Shown here: piece by piece, positions 1 to 10,017 of the stretch
How the letters are laid out: each line of letters opens with the position of its first letter
Numbering within the stretch: position 1 is the stretch's first letter
Source of the DNA: Candidatus Aenigmatarchaeota archaeon
Lineage (GTDB): Archaea; Aenigmatarchaeota; Aenigmatarchaeia; QMZP01; QMZT01
Assembly: GCA_043808015.1 (NCBI GenBank)
Contig: JAZDFI010000029.1
Span: 40,537 to 104,536, forward strand
Direction of reading: 5' to 3'
Length of the DNA: 64,000 nt
Notes under the pieces: model-generated
Told to the model about the DNA's origin: nothing
What the model saw: only the letters and a program-made list of their open reading frames with translations
Databases searched by the model: none
Position numbers and translations under genes: made by a program

Positions 1-1
1 A

Positions 2-598
2 TCGTTTTACCTGTATCCGGTTCAGAAGGAGCGGTCGAGACAAAAATCGATTGATAACAACCTGCCTTTCGCTATAACTCACATGGCCGCTATTTCATCG
101 TCCGGCATACCCACAGAGTTCATGTTCGAGCTGCTGACTGGTTTCAAGGAATACGGGGAGATAACACAAGACGCGAAGCTCATAATGCGCAACATAAAAA
201 CGTTCGGCATGAGCTCGGTCGACGCGATGAAGGAAGTCGCCGATCGTACGCCATCGCAGGCTTTCAGGGAATTACTGCTTGGCATAGTCAACACCACAGA
301 AACCGGTGGGGATATGATAGAATATCTCCACGGCATGGCGGAGAAGGCGCTTTTCGATTACAGAATAAAAAGGGAGAAATACCTCAAAACGCTTTCTACG
401 TATGCCGACATATACACCGCCCTGCTCGTGGCGGCGCCTCTGATGATGCTGTCGATGTTGGCATCGATGAGTATAATAGGTGGCAGTATAATGGGCCTTA
501 CCATAGAAGAGCTGATATTGCTCATGACGTGGGTTTTGCTGCCCGTGATGAATATGGGATTCCTGGCATTCATCCATGTCACATATCCCGGTGTGTAA
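2..598 (+). CDS. Type IV pilus/archaellum platform protein (TadC/FlaJ/T2SSF family), 5'-truncated by the window edge
   Basis: Frame is open from base 2 (…IDNNLPFAITHMAAISSSG…). T2SSF-like pattern (FRELLLGIVNTTETGGD) and two C-terminal TM helices. Confidence 0.85.
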   Translation, partial: SFYLYPVQKERSRQKSIDNNLPFAITHMAAISSSGIPTEFMFELLTGFKEYGEITQDAKLIMRNIKTFGMSSVDAMKEVADRTPSQAFRELLLGIVNTTETGGDMIEYLHGMAEKALFDYRIKREKYLKTLSTYADIYTALLVAAPLMMLSMLASMSIIGGSIMGLTIEELILLMTWVLLPVMNMGFLAFIHVTYPGV

Positions 599-599
599 A

Positions 600-1457
600 A
601 TGGAAATAAGCAAGACGTTCGTGCTTGAAATGATGTTCATATGCGCAGGGTCAGCAATACTGCTGCTGAATTTTTTTGTAATCGGTAATATATTTCCTTT
701 CATAATGCCCCTGTTCAATGTCCTTGGGGCGCTGGTGGCGATAGTGCCGCCCTTTCTCATTTTCTACGGGCGCTACCGCGTAAGCAAGGAAATAGAGGAG
801 CAGTTCATCATCTTCATAACCGACCTGACTGAATCGATAGATTCGGGTATGACGCTACCCATAGCCCTCAAGCACATAGGCAAGAAGGACTTCAGATCCA
901 TGTCCCCCTTTGTTCATGAGATAGCCAGCAAGGTGGAATGGGGCATACCTTTCGAGAAGGCACTGAAAATATTTTCCGAGAAAGTGAAGTCGACTCCCAT
1001 CAGGAGGTCCGTCAGCACCATAATAGAAACATACAAGGTCGGCGGTAAGATATCCGACACGCTGAGAGCTATAGGCCAGTCTCTTATCGAAATAAACAAA
1101 ATACGCCAGGAGCGCTCTGCATCGGTGCAGTCGCAGCTCGTGACCTCATACCTGATATTCTTCGTCTTCATTTTCATTCTGGTGGTGCTGAAAACGTTCC
1201 TGATACCCAGTTTCGGCACCATGCAGACGACACCATCGCTTCTCGGTGAAGAGCAAGCGCCGACATCTACTCCGGCCGAGATGTATAACCAGGCTTTCGT
1301 CAACTTCATCATCGTCCAAGGGTTTTTTGCCGGCCTCGCTACCGGCAAGATGGCAGAAGGCTCCATCATTGCCGGGTTAAAACACAGCATAGTGCTGATA
1401 GTGGTAGGCTACACTATATTCTCCCTTCTGGGCCAGATGCAAATATCAATGTTTTAA
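600..1457 (+). CDS. Second TadC/T2SSF-family membrane protein
   Basis: IEEQFIIFITDLTESIDSGMTLPIAL, WGIPFEKAL, GGKISDTL and C-terminal FFAGLATGKMAEG…GLKH. ATG at 600 follows the previous stop. Confidence 0.85.
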   Translation: MEISKTFVLEMMFICAGSAILLLNFFVIGNIFPFIMPLFNVLGALVAIVPPFLIFYGRYRVSKEIEEQFIIFITDLTESIDSGMTLPIALKHIGKKDFRSMSPFVHEIASKVEWGIPFEKALKIFSEKVKSTPIRRSVSTIIETYKVGGKISDTLRAIGQSLIEINKIRQERSASVQSQLVTSYLIFFVFIFILVVLKTFLIPSFGTMQTTPSLLGEEQAPTSTPAEMYNQAFVNFIIVQGFFAGLATGKMAEGSIIAGLKHSIVLIVVGYTIFSLLGQMQISMF

Positions 1458-1496
1458 ATACTTATAGTGAGGAATAAGTAATATTGCGGTGAAATT

Positions 1497-1697
1497 ATGG
1501 GAAGGATAAAAACGATTCCTATCAAGTCACTTGGAGACCGTCTCCTTGAAGAACATGCTGACAAATTCACGACTGATTTCGAAAAGAACAAGAAAGTCAT
1601 TGACAGCCTGAAGGACATGCAATCCAAGAAAATGAGGAACATACTTGCCGGATACATAACCAAAGAAGTGAAGAAGATGAAAAAGGCCGGTCAGTGA
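1497..1697 (+). CDS. rps17e: 30S ribosomal protein S17e
   Basis: MGRIKT…FTTDFEKNK…SKKMRNILAGYIT signature; GGTGA RBS upstream. Confidence 0.97.
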   Translation: MGRIKTIPIKSLGDRLLEEHADKFTTDFEKNKKVIDSLKDMQSKKMRNILAGYITKEVKKMKKAGQ

Positions 1698-1701
1698 TTT
1701 T

Positions 1702-2796
1702 ATGAAAATAGAAGAAATACTGGAAAGCGCGTTCGTGGTCAAGCCAGATGACACACTTTCTCACGTGGTTGCTAGAATGACCGAGGAGAAGCGCTACGAG
1801 GCTTTTGTTTTCGACGGCGAGAACCACGGCATCGTCACCATGGACGACATAATAAGGAAGAACGTCAGTGAACCACAGAAGATGAAAATATCATATTTCA
1901 TGAAGCCCATAAACGTCTTCTCAGCAGAGACGCCGGCCGAGGACATAATAAACTACATGCTCGTGAGCGAATACAGGTCGCTGCCAGTCGAGAAAGACGG
2001 CAAAATATATGCAATAACCAAGCCTAAGCTTCTCGGCTTCATAAAAGACGAGGTATTCGAAGGCAAGAACGCCGGGGATATAATGCAAAAGCCTTTCTGC
2101 GTGAAAACAGATGACTCGCTTAACATGGTGCTTTCCGTGATAAAGGACGGCGGCAACAACAGGGTCCCTGTAATAGATGATAAAGGCAAGTTCGCCGGTC
2201 TAGTCGATAGTCTCAGCCTTTCTGGCATAATAATTGGCAGGGAAAGGCTAAGTCTTGGGGCGCGCAGCGACGGTGAAAAGAGCAGGATAGGCGACTTGGA
2301 TATAAGCAAGTTCGCTACCAGCGATGTCGTCAGAGTGGGCCCTGAAGAAAGCGTCAAGAAAATCGTCAAGAAGATGTCAGATAAAGAAGTTTATAATGTC
2401 GTCGTCGAAGATGACGATAAGTTCATTGGCATAATAACCATAAAAGACATTCTCAAGCTAATAGGCAAGTCGCTCGAGACTGTGTACATACGAGTCAGCG
2501 GCCTCGGGGACGAGGATGAATTCGTCAGGGAAAAGATAGACGAACTCATTGAAAAAAGCATACAAAAGGTTCTCAAGGTCGTGAGAGTTTCGTATGTCGT
2601 CATACACGTCGAGATACACAAGAAAAAGGAAAAAAGCGATAGGAAAAAATATTCGGTCCAGGGACGTTTCGTCACTGACAAAGGCAACTTCTACGCCAGC
2701 GACCATGAGTGGGAACCGATAAGCGCCGCCAAAATTTTCCTGGAAAGAATGGAAGGCGAAATATTCAAACAGGTAAGCAAAGAACGCGGACGCTGA
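1702..2796 (+). CDS. Four-CBS-domain protein with C-terminal HPF/RaiA-like domain (archaeal Hib-type ribosome hibernation factor candidate)
   Basis: Two CBS pairs (GIVTMDDI, RSLPV, NRVPVID, GIITIKDIL), then a ~100 aa beta-alpha-beta-beta-beta-alpha segment resembling the HPF fold. Confidence 0.75.
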   Translation: MKIEEILESAFVVKPDDTLSHVVARMTEEKRYEAFVFDGENHGIVTMDDIIRKNVSEPQKMKISYFMKPINVFSAETPAEDIINYMLVSEYRSLPVEKDGKIYAITKPKLLGFIKDEVFEGKNAGDIMQKPFCVKTDDSLNMVLSVIKDGGNNRVPVIDDKGKFAGLVDSLSLSGIIIGRERLSLGARSDGEKSRIGDLDISKFATSDVVRVGPEESVKKIVKKMSDKEVYNVVVEDDDKFIGIITIKDILKLIGKSLETVYIRVSGLGDEDEFVREKIDELIEKSIQKVLKVVRVSYVVIHVEIHKKKEKSDRKKYSVQGRFVTDKGNFYASDHEWEPISAAKIFLERMEGEIFKQVSKERGR

Positions 2797-2799
2797 AGC

Positions 2800-4269
2800 T
2801 TAAAATGTTTTTTTGCCGGAAAAAAATTCATTCGCTGTTTTTTCCAGATCCTTTATTTTGACGCGTATCTGCTTCATCGAGTCGCGGTCGCGGAGTGTGA
2901 CATCGTCATTCGTCAGCGAATCGTAATCCACGGTTATCGCCAGAGGGACGCCGAGCTGGTCGTATATGACGTAGCGCTTTCCTATCGACTGTTTTTCATC
3001 GTATTTGGTTTCGAAAAGCATTTTCAACGTCTCGTTTATTTCTAATGCCTTTTCGTCTATGCCATCTTTTCTGACGAGGGGCAGTATGACTACGTCTAAT
3101 GGCGATAGTTTGCGCGGGAACTTGAGCACAGGCTTGCCTTCTCTTTCCGAAACGGAATTCTCGAGCACGGTGTAGAAAATCCTGTCGAGACCCATGGAGA
3201 GTTCGAATACGTGGGGTGTGAATTTTTCCTCATCCTCCACGACGGACAGGTCGACGCCCGAAACCTTCGCGTGCGAAGATAGGTCATAATCGGTCCTGTA
3301 ATTGCACGCTACCAGCTCCAGCCATCCAGTGCTCGTGTTAACCTCAAGGTCCCAGGTTTCCTTTGAATAGAAAGCCCTTGCGTTTTCCTCCAGTTCTCGG
3401 AAGCGTATGTCCTTAGGGTCGAAACCGCATTTCTCCATGAATTCCTGAGCAACGGCGAGATAATAAGCGATAAGCTTGCCCGACACGAGTTTTTTCTCCA
3501 CGGCATCCTGGACGCTTATGGAATGCGTTTCCTTGTCGACAAGTTTGAGCCTGAGCTTGAAATCTTTATACTTGTCGAAATCGTGGAAGTCGTTTATTTT
3601 TTTCGGGTTGAAAAACACCTCAGTCTCTAGTTGGGTGAATTCCCTGGTGCGTATGAGACCCTGGCGCGGCGAAATCTCATTACGGAATGAGCGCCCGGTC
3701 TGGGATATGCCCAACGGGAGCGAGACTCTTGCCGTCTTGTATATCTTGAGAAAGTCGGCGAATATGTTCTGGCACGTCTCCGGCCTCAGGTATGCGTTTT
3801 TTTCGTCCGTGAGCGGGCCTATTGAGACTCCGATCATCATGTTGAATTTCTGGACCTTCGCTAGCGTTCCCTTGCATTCCGGGCATTTGACTTCGTGTTT
3901 GTCTATGAACACGTCGAATTCGCCGGATGACATGGCTTCCGGAATCGTCTCGCCGGTCGCGTCTTCTATGATTTTGTCGGCGCGGAATATCTTGTGACAT
4001 TTCTTGCACTGCACGAGCGGGTCCACGAAATTTTTCAGGTGGCCTGACGCTTCGAAATTCTTTTTGGGCAGTATGAGACAGCCGTCGATTTCAAGCGAAT
4101 CCGTTTTCCTAACGACTTCCGCACGCCAAAGTTCCGTGATTTTTCTCTTCATCACGGTTCCCATGTGGCCGAAATCCATGAATCCCGAAAGTGAAGAGTG
4201 AATTTCAGCCGTGGGGAAGAATATGCCACGCTGGTCGGCAAGTTGCTGTATATGAGTGAATTTGTCCAT
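2800..4269 (-). CDS. glyS: Glycine--tRNA ligase (alpha2 type)
   Basis: ASGHL..FVDP, YLRPETCQNIF, FRNEISPRQGLIRTREFTQ, ELSMGLDR and an anticodon-binding domain. Confidence 0.96.
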   Translation of the reverse strand: MDKFTHIQQLADQRGIFFPTAEIHSSLSGFMDFGHMGTVMKRKITELWRAEVVRKTDSLEIDGCLILPKKNFEASGHLKNFVDPLVQCKKCHKIFRADKIIEDATGETIPEAMSSGEFDVFIDKHEVKCPECKGTLAKVQKFNMMIGVSIGPLTDEKNAYLRPETCQNIFADFLKIYKTARVSLPLGISQTGRSFRNEISPRQGLIRTREFTQLETEVFFNPKKINDFHDFDKYKDFKLRLKLVDKETHSISVQDAVEKKLVSGKLIAYYLAVAQEFMEKCGFDPKDIRFRELEENARAFYSKETWDLEVNTSTGWLELVACNYRTDYDLSSHAKVSGVDLSVVEDEEKFTPHVFELSMGLDRIFYTVLENSVSEREGKPVLKFPRKLSPLDVVILPLVRKDGIDEKALEINETLKMLFETKYDEKQSIGKRYVIYDQLGVPLAITVDYDSLTNDDVTLRDRDSMKQIRVKIKDLEKTANEFFSGKKTF

Positions 4270-4314
4270 AAAATCACATATAAATTTATTGCGAGAGTGC
4301 TTTTATAAGATATT

Positions 4315-4974
4315 ATGACAGGCAGAAAAGGTCTGAAAATCGATTTTCATGTCCATTCACATTTCTCTTCCGATGGCGACATGACGCCGGAAGAAATAAT
4401 AAGATATGCCAAGAAAGCCGGGCTGGACGCGATAGCCGTTACGGATCATAACAGCCTGCGCGGAGGCAAGGAAGTGGAGAAGCTTTCAAAAGATCTTATT
4501 GTTCTCGTCGGTTCTGAGATAAAAACCGATGCCGGGGAAATCATAGCTCTCAATATAAAAAAGGATATAGAACGTGACCTGGGGCTCGAGGAAACGTGCA
4601 AGCTGGTCAAAGAGCAGGGCGGTTTCATAATAATTTCACATCCATTCGACAGGTTCAGAAGCGGTATAGGAAGCGAGGCTGAAAAAATAGTAAAATACAT
4701 AGACGCGGTCGAGGTTTTCAACGCGAGGACTATGGTCGGAAAATTCAACGACGATGCGCTCGCTTTCGCCAGGAAGCACAACCTGCCATGCGTCGCTGGT
4801 TCCGATTCCCACTTCGCCTCAGAACTGGGTTCTGCCTACACTCTGGTCATGGCCGAAAATAAAAAAGACATATTCAAGGCCATACGTCAGGGCAGGACTG
4901 AAATAGCAGGCAGGAAAACAGGCATAATGCCACACTGGAGAACCTTCATCAAGAACATGAACAGAAAATTATAA
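4315..4974 (+). CDS. PHP-domain metal-dependent phosphoesterase
   Basis: DFHVHS, AVTDHN, SHPFD, GSDSH motifs. Confidence 0.9.
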   Translation: MTGRKGLKIDFHVHSHFSSDGDMTPEEIIRYAKKAGLDAIAVTDHNSLRGGKEVEKLSKDLIVLVGSEIKTDAGEIIALNIKKDIERDLGLEETCKLVKEQGGFIIISHPFDRFRSGIGSEAEKIVKYIDAVEVFNARTMVGKFNDDALAFARKHNLPCVAGSDSHFASELGSAYTLVMAENKKDIFKAIRQGRTEIAGRKTGIMPHWRTFIKNMNRKL

Positions 4975-6000
4975 TCACTTGTTCACTGTCGCATTTGTGA
5001 TATTCCCTATTCCGGTTTCTATTTCTGACTGTATGTCGTCGATTGTTTTGTATTTGCCAAGGCCGCCAGTCAGGTTGTCCACAGGCTTCATGATATTTTC
5101 AGGTATTTCATTCGCCACAATCTCCTTGTAGTTGTCTATGGTGTCGGCAATTCTCTCGTTCGCCTGGCCGACGAACGGCACCATGAGAACGAGAAATGAA
5201 ATTATCACCACCGGGAGAAGCAGGTATTCTATCACTATCATGTTGTTTATCTTGTGAAACTCGATGTCTATTTTTTTCATGAGCAGAAGTATTGAAAGGG
5301 GAATGACTATCAGCAGTATCATGCTCAGCGGGAAGCCGTACTGCAGCAGTGAAACCACGTAAGAGAATGCGCCCAGAAGGCCGATCGCCACGAACATCTT
5401 TTTGTTGCCCTTTATGATGCTGCCCTTGAACTTGAATTTGTATATGAGGTAACTGGCCATGTAAACCAGGGAAAACGCCATTATTATCCAGAAGGGGAAT
5501 TTTGAAATGTCGGACGTGAGGGCGAACCATCCGCACGAATATTTTAGGAACTCTATGACCGTCATGTTGACCGCTGTCTTGCGCAGGCTTTTCTTGAAGC
5601 GCGCGCGCGGCGACGAGTGCAGCAGGTTGAGAAAAAGCATGGCAGTTATCATCAGGAAAAACCACTTGCTTATGAAAAACGACATACCCATTCCGACTAC
5701 GATGAAAGTGGCAAGTATTATTTTGGCCTGCTTGAGGTTGATCATGTCCCCTGCCACGAGCTTCCATTTCCTCTTCTCGGCGTCTTTCCTGTCTTCGTCG
5801 TGGTCGACGATGTCGTTGTAAACATATACAGCCGAATAGGATATCAGGAAGGCCGCCAAAGACGCGAGCGTCAGAAAGATATCCGGAACTCCCAGCAAAA
5901 ACCAGAACAGTATTATTCCAAGAAGGAACTGGACCATGTTCTTGGGGAGGCTTATGGTTATGCTGTTGAAAAGGATTTTCTTTATTTTCATAAGCATCAC
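4975..6000 (-). CDS. UbiA-family prenyltransferase with soluble C-terminal tail
   Basis: YNDIVDHDED aspartate-rich motif and multiple TM helices. Confidence 0.8.
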   Translation of the reverse strand: MMLMKIKKILFNSITISLPKNMVQFLLGIILFWFLLGVPDIFLTLASLAAFLISYSAVYVYNDIVDHDEDRKDAEKRKWKLVAGDMINLKQAKIILATFIVVGMGMSFFISKWFFLMITAMLFLNLLHSSPRARFKKSLRKTAVNMTVIEFLKYSCGWFALTSDISKFPFWIIMAFSLVYMASYLIYKFKFKGSIIKGNKKMFVAIGLLGAFSYVVSLLQYGFPLSMILLIVIPLSILLLMKKIDIEFHKINNMIVIEYLLLPVVIISFLVLMVPFVGQANERIADTIDNYKEIVANEIPENIMKPVDNLTGGLGKYKTIDDIQSEIETGIGNITNATVNK

Positions 6001-6009
6001 ATATAGATT

Positions 6010-6774
6010 TCAGGCCGGCTCCTTTTTATGCATTTCCCGCACCTTTCGTGCGCGGAATATTATGGTTGAGGCAAAGGTTGTTTTCCTGGCGAACGCGGAG
6101 TCGACGGCATTCCATAGTCTTTCCTGCCATTTTTTGCGCGAGCCGTCCGCCATCACCGGAGTACCTTTTATCTTTTCAATAGAGAAGCCATGCATCTCCA
6201 GCAGCTCTTTAAGAGAACGCTTTGTGAAGGCGTGTATGTGGCCTACGCCCTCCTTTATGAAAGGGTTGCCAGTGTACGTTTTCAGGGACGACTCTATCCA
6301 CGTCGGCATGAAACCCAGGAAAAGGAAGCCGCGGTTATACCATGAGGCTATGTTCGGCACGGAAATGACCAGGCAACCATTCGTCTTAAGCGAACGGTTT
6401 ATGTTGGTGAGAAGGTTCTCGGTATCATAAATATGCTCTATCACGTCACCGCAGAAAACGGCATCGAAGCTGTTTTTTTCGAACGGAAATTCCTTGTCTA
6501 TGTTGGCGGTCTTGGCGTCTATCCCTTTTTTTCCGGCCTCGGCCACGGCATCCGCGCTTATGTCTATGCCATAAACCTTCGCCCCGGTTTCCTTGGATAT
6601 GATCGCAGAAATGAAGCCGTCACCACAACCCACGTCCAGGATTTTTCCGTTCTTCTGGCCGCTGAAAAACTCCAGGACTACTTTTATTTTTTTCTCCTGT
6701 ATTTTGTAGTATTTTCCGGATTCCTTGGCGAAAATATTGGAGTAGAAATTCTTGTTGTATTCGTTTGTGTCCAT
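6010..6774 (-). CDS. Class I SAM-dependent methyltransferase
   Basis: ILDVGCGDG, YGIDIS, FDAVFCGDVIEHI. Confidence 0.9.
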   Translation of the reverse strand: MDTNEYNKNFYSNIFAKESGKYYKIQEKKIKVVLEFFSGQKNGKILDVGCGDGFISAIISKETGAKVYGIDISADAVAEAGKKGIDAKTANIDKEFPFEKNSFDAVFCGDVIEHIYDTENLLTNINRSLKTNGCLVISVPNIASWYNRGFLFLGFMPTWIESSLKTYTGNPFIKEGVGHIHAFTKRSLKELLEMHGFSIEKIKGTPVMADGSRKKWQERLWNAVDSAFARKTTFASTIIFRARKVREMHKKEPA

Positions 6775-6835
6775 GGTAAAGGATTGTGGCCTCCAGTTAT
6801 AAAAACGTATAAAAACGGAACGTCATTATAATTGT

Positions 6836-8344
6836 ATGGATTTGGTGAAAGCGCTGGAATCGCTGAGTCCCATTGAAAGGAGCGTGCTGCCGCACATCAA
6901 AGACGGCATGGAGCTCCGTGCAATAGCAAGGGACGCTAAATTGCAGGAAATAGAAGTCATGCGCGCCATCCAGTGGCTCGAAAACAAGGGCATGATAAAA
7001 GTTTCATCTTCCGCAAAAGACGTCGTTGTCGTTGGAAGCAACGGAAAGCTTTACATGAAAACCGGCTTACCTGAAAAGCGGTTTCTGGAGGCGCTTTCAG
7101 GAAAAATGAGCATTGATGACATCAAAAAGGTGACCAAGCTCGACGACAATGAAATAAGGATATGCCTTGGTCTGCTGAAAGCCAGATACGCGATTTCCAT
7201 AATTGGTAATGTAATAGAACCGACCAGCGAGTGTGAGCGCATACTAAAAGAGGGTTTTGCGGAAGAAGCATTTCTCAAAAGCCTGCCGAAAAACTTCGAT
7301 GGGCTGAGCGATGACGAAAAGATGCTTTTCGCCAGGCTTGCTAAAAGAAGGGACATCGTCCTGAAAGAAACGGCGAAACTGAGATTCGTGGAACTCACTG
7401 AGCTCGGCAAAAAACTTGCTGCCGGCTCAAAAAAAATAAAGATGGACCTCATAGAGTCGCTAACGCCGCAGATGCTCAGGGAAAAAACATGGAGCGGCAA
7501 GAAGTTCAGGAGATATGACATAAAGACAGGTGTGCCGAAAATAAACCCGGGCAAGAGGCAGCCGTACAGCGAATTCCTGCAGGACGTGCGAGAACGACTG
7601 GTGTCGCTCGGATTCGAGGAAATGCACGGGCCTGTAATAGAGACTGAATTTTTCAATTTTGATGCGCTTTACCAGCCGCAGAACCACCCGGCAAGGGACT
7701 GGAGCGCCACTTACAGAATCAGGGAACCGAAATACGGCGACCTGCCTGAAAAAAGCATAGTTGCGTCAGTCAAAAAGGCCCATGAAAGGGGTATCGGTGG
7801 CTCTAGCGGATGGGGTTATAAGTGGGACAGCAAAATCGCGGCCCGTCTGATGCCAAGGGCGCATGATACTGCCATATCACCCAGGTTTCTTGAGAAGGGT
7901 GTCAAGATACCAGGCAAATATTTCAGCCTCGTCCGCTGTTACAGGCCGGATGTCATCGACGCGACCCATGGCGTCGAATTCAGCCAGCTTGGCGGTTTTG
8001 TCATAGGCAATGATCTTAATTTCAGGCATCTGCTCGGCCTGCTGAAACAATTCGTATTCGAAATAACTGGCATAGAAGACGTGCGCTTCTCGCCGGACTA
8101 TTTTCCTTTCACGGAACCTTCGGTCCAGATTGCCGCAAAACACCCGAAGCTTGGCTGGATGGAGCTTGCCGGGGCTGGTATTTTCAGGCCGGAACTCACT
8201 CTGCCCATGGGTGTCAAAGAGCCGGTAATAGCGTGGGGCTTCGGCATAGACAGGCTTGCCATGATAAAGCTCGGTATAAAGGACATACGCGACATATTTT
8301 CGAATGATATAGAATTCTTGAGGAAAGCCGGAAAGGTGTTTTGA
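6836..8344 (+). CDS. pheS: Phenylalanine--tRNA ligase alpha subunit (archaeal long form)
   Basis: NFDALYQPQNHPARD, YRPDVIDATH..EF.Q, YFPFTEPS, GAGIFRPE, AWGFGIDR. Confidence 0.97.
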   Translation: MDLVKALESLSPIERSVLPHIKDGMELRAIARDAKLQEIEVMRAIQWLENKGMIKVSSSAKDVVVVGSNGKLYMKTGLPEKRFLEALSGKMSIDDIKKVTKLDDNEIRICLGLLKARYAISIIGNVIEPTSECERILKEGFAEEAFLKSLPKNFDGLSDDEKMLFARLAKRRDIVLKETAKLRFVELTELGKKLAAGSKKIKMDLIESLTPQMLREKTWSGKKFRRYDIKTGVPKINPGKRQPYSEFLQDVRERLVSLGFEEMHGPVIETEFFNFDALYQPQNHPARDWSATYRIREPKYGDLPEKSIVASVKKAHERGIGGSSGWGYKWDSKIAARLMPRAHDTAISPRFLEKGVKIPGKYFSLVRCYRPDVIDATHGVEFSQLGGFVIGNDLNFRHLLGLLKQFVFEITGIEDVRFSPDYFPFTEPSVQIAAKHPKLGWMELAGAGIFRPELTLPMGVKEPVIAWGFGIDRLAMIKLGIKDIRDIFSNDIEFLRKAGKVF

Positions 8345-10017
8345 TGCCAACGATAGAAATTTCGCTTAAGGACATGAGCAGGCTGGTGCGCAAGAAATTA
8401 TCATTGACGGAGCTAGCGACTGCGCTGCAATACGTAAAAGGCGAAATCGAATCTTCGGACGGCGACAGGTTGAAAATAGAGATAGCTGACAGCAACAGGC
8501 CTGACCTCTGGTCTGCCGAGGGCATAGCCAGGGAGTTGCGGTCGAGGTACGTCAATGAAAGGGGTCTCGCTAAATTCAAAACCAAAAAGTCAGGCCTCAA
8601 GGTAATAGTCGAAAAGAGCCTCAGAAACATAAGGCCGAGAACCGTCTGTGCGGTTGTCCGCGGTCTTCGCATAGATGATGAAACGCTTTTCCAGATGATT
8701 CAGCTGCAGGAAAAAATATGCGAGAATTTCGGCAGGAGAAGAAAGGAAGTGGCGCTGGGAATATACGACTACAGCAGGATTTCACCGCCAATTTATTTCA
8801 GGGCGTACGGCCCGGAAGATATAAAATTCGTACCGCTCGACTTCAATGTGGATATGAGCCTCAAGGCCATACTTGCAGAGCATCCGAAAGGTAAGGAATA
8901 CGCGCATCTTCTCGCCGGTATGAAAAAATATCCTATCTTCATAGATTCGATGGACCACGTGCTTTCCATGCCGCCGGTCATAAACTCCGACTTCAGCGGC
9001 AAGGTCACGAAGGCGACGAAAGACGTGTTCATCGAATGCTCGGGATTCAGCATGAAATTCCTCCTGCCCGCACTCAACATAATGGTCGCGGCCCTCGCCG
9101 ACAGGGGCGGGCGCGTCGAGACTGTCGATGTCGTTTTCCCGGACGGCAAAATGCAGACGCCGGATTTCACCTCGAAAAAAATACTGGTAAATCCTGATAG
9201 AGCAAGGCATATTTCAGGTTTGCATTTAACCGATGCCGATATTGCAAAGCTTCTGATGAAAGCAAGATACGGCGTGAAAAAAGAGCGTGGCGCGCTGGCC
9301 GTTCTCGTCCCGTCATACAGGCAGGACGTGATGCACGAAGTTGATGTGATAGAAGACATGATTATATCATACAGTTACAATAAAATAGAGCCCATCACGC
9401 CTTCCCTGGCCAGCACCGGAAAGCTGACGCCGGTTAATAATTTCGTTAAAAAAATAACCGAGCTTATGGTCGGCCTCGGCAACCAGGAAGTCCTTTCATA
9501 CACTCTTACCAACAGGGAGAACATGATAAAGAAGATGAACCTCGAAGGTATGAAAATCATAGAAATAAACAATCCGGTTTCAAAAAACTGGAGCGTTTTC
9601 AGGACATGGATAACACCTTCGCTAATCGAATTCATGTCGAACAACACCAACAAGGAATACCCCCAGCGCGTGTTCGAAATAGGCGAGGTCGTCGTTTACG
9701 ACGCCAAAGCGGAAACCAGAAGCAATAATCCCGTGATGCTCGCGCTGGCCTGCGCCGGGTCTGACGCCAACTTTACACTGGCCAGGCAGCAATTGGACTT
9801 CGTGCTGAGAACGATAGGCATTGAATACGTTGTAGAGGAAACCGAGCACTGTTCCTTCATAACAGGAAGGGTTGGAATCGTTTATGCTAAAGGCCGGGAA
9901 ATCGCATGCCTGGGGGAAATACACCCCAAAGTCCTTTCTAATTTTGGCATAGAACAGCCGGTATGCACTTTCGAAATGAACCTTAGCGAAATTCTCGCGC
10001 TGGTCGAAAAAAAATAA
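8344..10017 (+). CDS. pheT: Phenylalanine--tRNA ligase beta subunit
   Basis: MPTIEI, NRPDLWSAEGIAR, SMPPVINS, PSYRQDVMH..DVIED, GEIHP; TGATG overlap with pheS. Confidence 0.97.
   Translation: MPTIEISLKDMSRLVRKKLSLTELATALQYVKGEIESSDGDRLKIEIADSNRPDLWSAEGIARELRSRYVNERGLAKFKTKKSGLKVIVEKSLRNIRPRTVCAVVRGLRIDDETLFQMIQLQEKICENFGRRRKEVALGIYDYSRISPPIYFRAYGPEDIKFVPLDFNVDMSLKAILAEHPKGKEYAHLLAGMKKYPIFIDSMDHVLSMPPVINSDFSGKVTKATKDVFIECSGFSMKFLLPALNIMVAALADRGGRVETVDVVFPDGKMQTPDFTSKKILVNPDRARHISGLHLTDADIAKLLMKARYGVKKERGALAVLVPSYRQDVMHEVDVIEDMIISYSYNKIEPITPSLASTGKLTPVNNFVKKITELMVGLGNQEVLSYTLTNRENMIKKMNLEGMKIIEINNPVSKNWSVFRTWITPSLIEFMSNNTNKEYPQRVFEIGEVVVYDAKAETRSNNPVMLALACAGSDANFTLARQQLDFVLRTIGIEYVVEETEHCSFITGRVGIVYAKGREIACLGEIHPKVLSNFGIEQPVCTFEMNLSEILALVEKK

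Noticed and set aside
6796-6822. Direct repeat TATAAAAACG x2 upstream of pheS
   Set aside because: Only two short copies in a divergent promoter region; consistent with TATA elements.
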